Below, piece after piece: positions 57,411-64,000 of a stretch of 64,000 nt of DNA. The translations under genes were made by a program, and so were the position numbers. The notes beneath the pieces were generated by a model. It was not told where the DNA came from. It saw only the letters and a program-made list of their open reading frames with translations, and searched no databases. Location: NCBI GenBank assembly GCA_964430875.1, contig CAYSHP010000006.1, positions 5,699-69,698 on the forward strand, written 5' to 3'. Positions within the stretch are counted from its first letter, which is position 1, and every line of letters starts with the position of its first letter. This DNA comes from an uncultured Halanaerobiales bacterium (GTDB lineage Bacteria; Bacillota; Halanaerobiia; Halanaerobiales; M55B127).

Positions 57411-59195
57411 TCAATTTCTGTTTTTCATTTCATACATGAAGTAATCAGCTTCTTTAAAGACCTCTTCAAGTTCTGTTTTGTGATCCTTTTTTACTCCGAA
57501 ACCAGTAGATATACTAATCGGAAACTCATATTTTTCATCTAATTTATTAACATTGGTTTGTATCCTTTGTTCTATTTTTTTAACTTCATCTTCGTCTGTT
57601 TGAGGGAGTAAAATTGCAAATTCATCTCCTCCCACCCGAGCAAGTATATCTTCTTGTCTTACTGCATTGTCTATCTCACTAGCAACTAGATTAATATATT
57701 TATCGCCTCTGGCATGACCAAATTTATCATTTACTTTTTTCAAACCATCAATATCAGACATAATAATACTAATTGGTAGTAACCTTGAATTATCTAACCT
57801 TTCCATTTCACTTTCGAAATATCTTCTATTATATAATCCAGTCATTTGATCATGAAAAGATAAGTATTTAATCTCTTCTTCTTCTTTTTTTCTTTGGGTA
57901 ATATCATTATAAATTGCATATAAGCCAATTTGACCTTCTTTTAAACTAATTGGGAAAGCATGTATTGTAACATCTACTGTTTTACCTTCTTTTGTTTTGC
58001 GAACCGATTCTTTTTCAATGTCCTGATTATTTAAGACTTTTTTAGTATAATTTTGTCCTTCTTCTTTTTTAGTTTCAGGCACTATTAGATCATCTATGTT
58101 TTTATCTTTTGCTTCTGATTGTGAATAACCAAATAAATTCTCAAAACTTTTATTTATCTTAAGGATTTGATTTTCATTATCTAAAAGAGCAATTGCCTCA
58201 GTTGACTCATCGAATAATTGTTGAAAGAATGCTTTTTGTCTTCTTAACTTTCTTTCAGTTTCTTTTCTTTCAGTTATGTCATTATATATGGCATATATCC
58301 CTATTTGGCCTTTACCTAATTTTATGGGAAAAGAATGCATGGAAACAAAAATTCTTTTACCCTCTTTTGTCTTTCTAATTGTTTCTAACTTCACTTCTTT
58401 GCCTGCAATATTTTTTTTGGTATTATTAATGCCTTCTTCTATTTTTTCTTCGGGAGTTATCAGATCATCTATGTTCTTCCCTTTAATCTCTTTTGCCTGA
58501 TAACCAAATACTTTTTCAAAACTTTTATTTACTTTAATAATCTTGCTTTTATTATCTAAGAGAGCAATTGCTTCGGTTGACTCATTAAACAATTGTTGGA
58601 AATATGCTTGATGTTCTTTTAATCTTTTTTCAACATCTTTTCTATAAAAGGCTTCTGTGATATTCAAAAGATAATTTAATACTTTTTTATCTTCTTTACT
58701 AAAATTAACATCTCTATTTTCATCAATATCTAAAGTTATGCCACCTACTGCTTGCTCTTTAAAGTATAAATCAAAAGTAATGGAATCTTTAATTGGTTTT
58801 GATGCCTCTTCTAATTTTGAATAAGTATTATTATCGGTTGAGTCTTTTGTAATATCTATTACTTCACTAATAATAGAGACTTGATTTTTGCGGTCAGACA
58901 GCTGAAATACACTCTCATCTATTGCAATCTGTTTAAGCACAGCAAGATTATGTCCAACAGTATCTAAAAATTTTACTTTACCATCTACATATTTATAAAC
59001 ACTACCATAATCAGCCTTTTTGATTAAATTCATAGCTGTCTTTAAGAGTTTTGACCAAAATATTTTTTCATCTTCAATACTTATTTCATTGAGTTTATTA
59101 GAAAAATTGATAATTCTTTCAAAACTCTTGTTTAATTCATTAACTCTCTTATTTAGCTGTTTAATTTTCTCTTTTAATTCAGCAATTTCATGCAT
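57411..59195 (-). CDS. Diguanylate cyclase: coiled-coil/GAF-like N-terminus, tandem PAS, GGDEF with I-site
   Basis: Two roughly 113-aa PAS units (QQLF[ND]ESTEAIALLDN..). LTGLYNRRYF, DIDGLKKVNDKFGH, and RQED-x5-GGDEF (active A-site plus RxxD I-site). Confidence 0.9.
   Translation of the reverse strand: MHEIAELKEKIKQLNKRVNELNKSFERIINFSNKLNEISIEDEKIFWSKLLKTAMNLIKKADYGSVYKYVDGKVKFLDTVGHNLAVLKQIAIDESVFQLSDRKNQVSIISEVIDITKDSTDNNTYSKLEEASKPIKDSITFDLYFKEQAVGGITLDIDENRDVNFSKEDKKVLNYLLNITEAFYRKDVEKRLKEHQAYFQQLFNESTEAIALLDNKSKIIKVNKSFEKVFGYQAKEIKGKNIDDLITPEEKIEEGINNTKKNIAGKEVKLETIRKTKEGKRIFVSMHSFPIKLGKGQIGIYAIYNDITERKETERKLRRQKAFFQQLFDESTEAIALLDNENQILKINKSFENLFGYSQSEAKDKNIDDLIVPETKKEEGQNYTKKVLNNQDIEKESVRKTKEGKTVDVTIHAFPISLKEGQIGLYAIYNDITQRKKEEEEIKYLSFHDQMTGLYNRRYFESEMERLDNSRLLPISIIMSDIDGLKKVNDKFGHARGDKYINLVASEIDNAVRQEDILARVGGDEFAILLPQTDEDEVKKIEQRIQTNVNKLDEKYEFPISISTGFGVKKDHKTELEEVFKEADYFMYEMKNRN
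57888..58601 (-). repeat. Tandem PAS-domain duplication inside the cyclase gene (period 125 aa)
   Basis: Residues 199-311 and 324-436 are about 60% identical. Confidence 0.8.
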
Positions 59196-59301
59196 ACGAT
59201 GGGCTCCTAATTAGTGAAGTTAATATCATTATAAATTTAATGAATTCTAATTTCAAGAATTTACATTATTTTCTAGTTATAAATTATAAATAAATCTTAC
59301 T

Positions 59302-59886
59302 TTATTTAAGTATAGATCTAAATAGTTTAAGGTTGTTTTCCAATTTATTTACCTTCATTAAATCTTTTAAAGCATTAATATAGTCTTCTTTTTTAATACC
59401 TGATAAGATATCTTGTTTTAAAATCTCTGCTAATAATACAACATTTTGCATTCTTGTGTCATCAAGGTCTTCTTTATAGACTTCAATTACCTCTGCGTTT
59501 AACTTTTCCGCTGCTTTATTAATATCCACTTTTTTTACTTCATTAGTATTTTCTAATCTTACATCTAAAGTTTGCCAGGAAGTATTATAATATATTAAAG
59601 TTCCAGCCTCTTTTAAATAACTTTGTAAACCTCTTAAAGCTTCTGTTCTTTCTAAAGCTATAACAATATCAGCAGTACCTTTTTGAATTAAAGGTGAATA
59701 TATGCCTTTTCCTACCCTAAGGTGAGATTGAACAGTCCCGCCTCTTTGGGCTAAACCATGTGTATCTACACCTCTAACATTTAATTTAGCATAATCTGCT
59801 GCTCTTATTAGAACTTCACTCAATAGGCCAATTCCTTGACCACCTACTCCAATCATGTAAATATTTATTCTATCCTTATTTTCCAT
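59302..59886 (-). CDS. iorB: Indolepyruvate:ferredoxin oxidoreductase subunit beta
   Basis: IGVGGQGIGL N-terminus, about 190 aa, directly downstream of iorA. Confidence 0.85.
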   Translation of the reverse strand: MENKDRINIYMIGVGGQGIGLLSEVLIRAADYAKLNVRGVDTHGLAQRGGTVQSHLRVGKGIYSPLIQKGTADIVIALERTEALRGLQSYLKEAGTLIYYNTSWQTLDVRLENTNEVKKVDINKAAEKLNAEVIEVYKEDLDDTRMQNVVLLAEILKQDILSGIKKEDYINALKDLMKVNKLENNLKLFRSILK

Positions 59887-59889
59887 TAT

Positions 59890-61770
59890 TTACTTCCCTC
59901 CTTTTTGTTTTATACCAATAGCATCTGTTGGACAGGTTTGTAAACAAGATCCATCTCCAATACAAAGATCCTCATTTACAGTAACTCTACCCTCTTCATC
60001 TATACTAAAGGAAGGACAACCAAATTCTTGTACACACTCATGGATTTGCCTGCATATTTCTTGGTCAATATTAGCCTTATTATCCTTATATGAACCGTCC
60101 CTTCTGGCTACCCTGGTAAACTTTAACATACAAGGATGAGTAGCAATCACAACACTAAAGCCTTTTTCATTTACCGCTTTTTTCATGATTTCAGTTAATT
60201 TAGATTGAGCATAAGTATCTATTCGATATACATTTTCTACCCCAAAACCTTCCAACATTTCTTTAATTGAAACTGGTTTTACCTCTTCATTGAAGTTTTC
60301 ACCGGTTCCAGGATGGTTTTGATGGCCCGTCATAGCTGTAGTTCCATTTTCCATTATTACTAATGTTAAATTATGATCATTAAATACAGCATTTACAATA
60401 CCCGGTAATCCTGCATGGAACATAGTAGAATCACCTAAAAATGATACTACTTTTCTATCTTCATTAAATAATGATAGACCTGTACCAGTTGAAGTGGAAT
60501 GTCCCATAGAAAGTAAGACTTCTCCCATCTCATAAGGCGGTAAAAATCCGAGGGTATGACACCCTATATCAGCTACAGTTATATCTTCATCAGATAAAGC
60601 TTTTTTAATTGCATAAAAAGCGGATCTATGTCCACAGCCCGGACATAATTGAGCCGGACGATTTTCTACATCTTCTGAAAATCTGATTAAATCCTTTTCT
60701 TTAAAAGTGTCTGGCCAGGTCTTAGCCATCACTTCTTGTACTTTATCAGGGGTATATTCATTAATCCAATCTTCTATATCAACTTTTCCAATTATATTAC
60801 TTTTAACTCCTTCTTCAAAGGCAATAACCTTAATTTCTTTTTCTAATACATTATCTAATTCCTCTAATACTTTTACTTCTTTATGCTCTCTTAAAAATTC
60901 AGTTATTACTTTTCTAGGTAAAGGATATATTATACCGAGTTTCAATATATCTGCTTTATCATCCATATCTTCCATTACATCACGTAATGATAGATATGGT
61001 ACTCCCATTGTAATAATACCTCTCTTTTTATTATTATTATCTATTATTTCGTTTAGATTAGATTGGTCAGCATAATCTTTAAATTCTTCTATCCTTTTTA
61101 AGGCTCTCCTTTTCATCGGAAAAACTTTAGAAGTTATCGGAACATAATTTTCATTATTACTAGAAAATCTAGGCGTTTTATCAAAATCCTTTTGTGTATA
61201 ATCACTAAATTTAACTTTTTGTTTTGCGTGACAGACATGTGTACTTAATCTTAATATGACCGGCATTTCTCTTTCTTGGGAAAGAGCCGCTGCTTCTTTA
61301 TAATATTCATAAACCTCTTGTGGATTAGATGGTTCAAAAATTGGCATATAGGAAAGATGGCCATAATGTCTGTTATCCTGTTCATTTTGTGATGAATTAG
61401 CTCCTGGGTCATCACCAATAACCACTACCATTCCTCCCTTTAATTTCATCAAAGGAAGCTGAACAAAGCTATCTGCAGCCACATTTAATCCTACACTTTT
61501 AAAAAATACAGTAGAAAAATGTCCATTTACAGCCGCCCCAAAAGCAATCTCAGTAGCTACCTTTTCATTTGTTGAAAATTCAAAGTAAAATGGACGCTTT
61601 TCTTTAGGTATACTTCTGATTGCCTCAGCCGTTTCTGGCATTGGTGAGCCGGGATAAGAAGTAACAACTCTAGTACCTGATTCAACCATAGCTCTAACAA
61701 GGGCAGTATTACCAATCACAATTTCTGAAAATGCATCTCCTTTTAATAATATATCTCCCATCGTTTTCAT
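59890..61770 (-). CDS. iorA: Indolepyruvate:ferredoxin oxidoreductase subunit alpha
   Basis: TPP-binding GDSTMFHAG, CPGCGH, and C-terminal ferredoxin-type Cys clusters (..CIGDGSCLQTCP). Confidence 0.88.
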   Translation of the reverse strand: MKTMGDILLKGDAFSEIVIGNTALVRAMVESGTRVVTSYPGSPMPETAEAIRSIPKEKRPFYFEFSTNEKVATEIAFGAAVNGHFSTVFFKSVGLNVAADSFVQLPLMKLKGGMVVVIGDDPGANSSQNEQDNRHYGHLSYMPIFEPSNPQEVYEYYKEAAALSQEREMPVILRLSTHVCHAKQKVKFSDYTQKDFDKTPRFSSNNENYVPITSKVFPMKRRALKRIEEFKDYADQSNLNEIIDNNNKKRGIITMGVPYLSLRDVMEDMDDKADILKLGIIYPLPRKVITEFLREHKEVKVLEELDNVLEKEIKVIAFEEGVKSNIIGKVDIEDWINEYTPDKVQEVMAKTWPDTFKEKDLIRFSEDVENRPAQLCPGCGHRSAFYAIKKALSDEDITVADIGCHTLGFLPPYEMGEVLLSMGHSTSTGTGLSLFNEDRKVVSFLGDSTMFHAGLPGIVNAVFNDHNLTLVIMENGTTAMTGHQNHPGTGENFNEEVKPVSIKEMLEGFGVENVYRIDTYAQSKLTEIMKKAVNEKGFSVVIATHPCMLKFTRVARRDGSYKDNKANIDQEICRQIHECVQEFGCPSFSIDEEGRVTVNEDLCIGDGSCLQTCPTDAIGIKQKGGK

Positions 61771-62035
61771 CTAATCACTCCCCCTTAGATATTAAAGTAA
61801 AATGGGTATATTATTTCACTTACATCTTATATATTATTTATTCTTTTACACTTCTATTATTCCTTTAAAAATATATGATAAGAAAATAATTTGCAATATT
61901 TGTTTGTCCAAAAGGTAATTCTATTGTATAATAAAAAATATAAAGAATCTTTATTAATCTACTAACCATTGAATAAGTTATTAATCAAGCAATTATATAT
62001 AATAAAATAATCCCTGATGAAAGGTGATTAATAAT

Positions 62036-63430
62036 ATGAAATCAATAAACAAAAAAGATAAAATAAATCTTTGGAAGAACATAGAAAGCATAGACCTCTT
62101 ATATGAAAAAATTAAAAATATGGAAAGTAATAAAAATATAGAGAGTTTTAATCTAACATTATATTTATTTGACTTTAAAGAACTTAACCTAAGTTACTCT
62201 GATTATATAAAATTATTCAGTAAAATAATATCAATTTTAAAAAATTATTCTAATAAATATGTTGAGTTATACTGTTTGGAGCAAGATAAGATAATTTTGT
62301 TTAATGAAAAACAAACTATAAATTCTAAAATAAAGAATATGTTAAAAAGTAGAAAATTTAATATTGATAATAAAAAATTATCCTTATCTCCTCAAATTGC
62401 AAGTGTTAATTGGCCTCGGGATGGTAATGATTTTGATAGTTTATTAGAAAAATTATTGACAAAAATTAAAAATGATAATTCTGACATTAATTACCCAATT
62501 CTGTCTTCTCGACCAGGAAGTGTATTTATTAATAAAAAGGATGACTTTTTGGACAAAGTTGAAAAAATATCAACTCAGCTTTATCTAATAGATAAAGATA
62601 AAAATATTGAAATAATTAAACAAAATATTATTGCTGATAGAACTTTTCAGGTAAGAGGTGGGGAAAAAGGCAACTTTGAATTATTTTATATACTTGCCGG
62701 AAAAGTAGTTTATGAAGAAGAAAATATAGTTTTAACTAAAGGTGATTCTATAAGTGCCCGAAGTGGTGAACAAGAAAAATATTTTAAAACAATAACAGAT
62801 ACCACTTTACTTTATATAACTTCTAATCCAATCTTTGCTAGTGAGCAAAGAAGAATAAAAGAACTTATATCTCTAAATGAAAAAATTGAAGAAAAAGATG
62901 TAGAAACAAGAGAACACTGTGATCGGCTGCAAAAATTAAGTCGTTTAACAGCTATTGAATTAAGCTTAGAAGAGAAAAAAATATTTAATCTCGGTTTCGC
63001 TTCTTTTTTACATGATATTGGAAAAGCAAAAGTACCTTCCTCATTACTACAAAAACCTGACAAGTTAACTAAAAAAGAATGGGAACTTATGAAAAAACAC
63101 ACTAAATGGGGTAAAGAAATTATTTTAGAACATTTTAATAAAAGTTATTTTCATAAAATAGCTGAAATAATTAATCAACACCATGAAAGGTGGGACGGTT
63201 TCGGTTATCCCAAAGGTTTATCGGGAAATGAAATCTTAATTGAAGCTCAAATTTTAAGTGTAGTTGATGCTTTTGATGCTATGACTTATGAAAGACCCTA
63301 TCAAAGGGCTTTTAGTCGTAAAGAAGCTATCGAAGAAATTAAATTTGAAAAAGAAAAACAATTTTCTCCTAAGGCAGTAGAAGCATTTTTAAAAGCTGAA
63401 CAAAAGTTTTTTGAAAAAAATAGTCAATAG
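62036..63430 (+). CDS. HD-GYP domain protein (c-di-GMP phosphodiesterase-type) with central cupin-like domain
   Basis: HDIGKAKVP and HHERWDGFGYPKGL HD-GYP signatures. Central GGEKGNFELFYILAGKV..GDSI is a cupin-like beta-barrel. Start set at MKSINK (AGGTGA SD 8 nt upstream). Confidence 0.85.
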   Translation: MKSINKKDKINLWKNIESIDLLYEKIKNMESNKNIESFNLTLYLFDFKELNLSYSDYIKLFSKIISILKNYSNKYVELYCLEQDKIILFNEKQTINSKIKNMLKSRKFNIDNKKLSLSPQIASVNWPRDGNDFDSLLEKLLTKIKNDNSDINYPILSSRPGSVFINKKDDFLDKVEKISTQLYLIDKDKNIEIIKQNIIADRTFQVRGGEKGNFELFYILAGKVVYEEENIVLTKGDSISARSGEQEKYFKTITDTTLLYITSNPIFASEQRRIKELISLNEKIEEKDVETREHCDRLQKLSRLTAIELSLEEKKIFNLGFASFLHDIGKAKVPSSLLQKPDKLTKKEWELMKKHTKWGKEIILEHFNKSYFHKIAEIINQHHERWDGFGYPKGLSGNEILIEAQILSVVDAFDAMTYERPYQRAFSRKEAIEEIKFEKEKQFSPKAVEAFLKAEQKFFEKNSQ

Positions 63431-63494
63431 AAAAAATTTTAACCTTTGTTTTAAAATTAGATATAGTCAATATATAGTTTACTATGTATATAGA

Positions 63495-63562
63495 TAAAAA
63501 AATACTTATACTAATCAACCCTTAGAAAAATATATTGGGATGATAGTATAAGTTATTATTTT
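63495..63562. terminator. Bidirectional terminator between the convergent HD-GYP gene and small secreted-protein gene
   Basis: About 17-bp imperfect stem ACTTATACTAATCAACCC/GGGATGATAGTATAAGT, flanked by an A-run and a T-run. Confidence 0.6.
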
Positions 63563-63583
63563 AATTTCCACCTTAAATTAATG

Positions 63584-63826
63584 TTATTTTCCGGCTACCA
63601 CTATTGGATTATCAGCATTACCATTTTCAGCAGCATCTGGCAATATTTGCAGAAATAAGATTACTAATTCTCCTAAATATTCAGTTATTGAACCATCGTA
63701 CTCAACCAAAACTTTTACACCAGCTGAATTTTGGGGAGCCTTTCCCTCAACTTCTGCAAAAGCTACAGCAGAAAAGGAAATTAGTAATGCAATCATCATT
63801 AAAAAAATTATCGAGTGTTTTAACAT
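63584..63826 (-). CDS. Small secreted protein (80 aa), function unknown, riboswitch-controlled
   Basis: Strong SD AAAGGAGGG 6 nt before the ATG. Signal peptide ..SAVAFA|EVE. Sits directly behind a GEMM-I aptamer. Confidence 0.7.
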   Translation of the reverse strand: MLKHSIIFLMMIALLISFSAVAFAEVEGKAPQNSAGVKVLVEYDGSITEYLGELVILFLQILPDAAENGNADNPIVVAGK

Positions 63827-63831
63827 TTTTT

Positions 63832-63920
63832 CCCTCCTTTATAACCCGGCTATCTGTTTTAATCAGACCCGTGGCTTTGTGTCTCCACCTCTCGATGGAT
63901 TTACCCTACTGGAGGAACAG
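63832..63920 (-). promoter_or_regulatory. c-di-GMP-I (GEMM-I) riboswitch
   Basis: Minus strand: ..CCUCCAGUAGGGUAAAUCCAUCGAGAGGUGGAGACACAAAGCCACGGGUCUGAUUAAAACAGAUAGCCGGGUUAUAAAGGAGG. This aligns block-for-block with the Vc2 aptamer as I remember it (CAGGGCAAACC-stem-GAAA-stem-GGGACGCAAAGCC-hairpin-GUAGCGGGGUUACC). It includes a GNRA loop (GAGA). Confidence 0.75.
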
Positions 63921-63923
63921 AAT

Positions 63924-63948
63924 AAAAAAATGCCTCTTAAAAAGAGAC
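63924..63948 (-). terminator. Terminator hairpin upstream of the GEMM-I aptamer, with a competing antiterminator
   Basis: Minus strand: GUCUCUU-UUU-AAGAGGC followed by AUUUUUUUAUU. The CUCUU arm can alternatively pair with an upstream AAGAG (63942-63972 region). Confidence 0.6.
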
Positions 63949-64000
63949 AGGTATAAAATCCTGTTCCCTCTTCGGCAACTCAGGCAACCATAACCTTTAT

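Noticed and set aside
63832-63972. First impression of a cobalamin or Moco riboswitch (AGAGGGAACAGG.., AAAGCC.., GCCGGG)
   Set aside because: It lacks the GGUG.AA.UCC/GCCACUG B12-box pattern and the Moco CCUCCGAG/GGAAAGG blocks. The order of conserved blocks fits GEMM-I much better.
63604-63993. 129-aa plus-strand ORF spanning the 3' end of the window
   Set aside because: It is antisense to a well-supported small gene (strong SD, signal peptide) and to the GEMM-I aptamer. The translation is Q/L-rich and low-complexity, and it has no SD. It is a by-product of the opposite-strand features.

Overview
Low-GC (about 30%) chromosomal segment, probably from an anaerobic Firmicute with a Gram-negative-type envelope. 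This is inferred from AbrB/SpoVT-type genes occurring next to genes for small outer-membrane beta-barrels, which fits Halanaerobiales-like organisms. I could not run any database search. About 60 well-supported CDS are present. I recognised no rRNA, tRNA, CRISPR array, transposase or integrase.

Gene content, left to right:
- polA 5' end (partial)
- modABC-moaA-moaC-MOSC molybdenum operon
- nifS-nifU-mnmA
- ArsR/P1B-ATPase metal efflux pair
- LysM-M23 peptidase and kptA
- UgpBAE-like ABC importer
- IclR-controlled amidohydrolase/hydantoinase island with a TAXI-TRAP transporter
- AlaX, FxsA and a TetR + MacB/LolCDE-like ABC exporter
- amylase
- xylAB-ROK-sugar ABC cluster
- iorAB

The standout region is 48.5-57.4 kb. 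It holds two diverged tandem copies of a module I cannot assign to any named system. Each copy has:
- a divergently transcribed SARP/BTAD-type regulator, whose C-terminus looks like a degenerate GGDEF domain that keeps an RxxD I-site
- a secreted protein with two copies of a curlin-like N/Q/G-rich repeat
- a periplasmic C39-type cysteine peptidase with intact catalytic residues
- a small secreted one-repeat protein with a Sec signal peptide followed by a double-glycine-leader-like ELxxIxGMG motif
- a roughly 290-aa outer-membrane beta-barrel ending in Phe

Conserved internal hairpin terminators follow genes 1 and 3 in both copies. The architecture parallels Pseudomonas Fap (FapD peptidase, FapF pore) and curli-type functional amyloid systems.

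The flanks are rich in c-di-GMP components: a PAS-PAS-GGDEF cyclase, an HD-GYP protein, and a GEMM-I (c-di-GMP-I) riboswitch in front of an 80-aa secreted protein. I therefore propose a c-di-GMP-controlled extracellular fibre or peptide export system. All functional statements are inference from sequence motifs.
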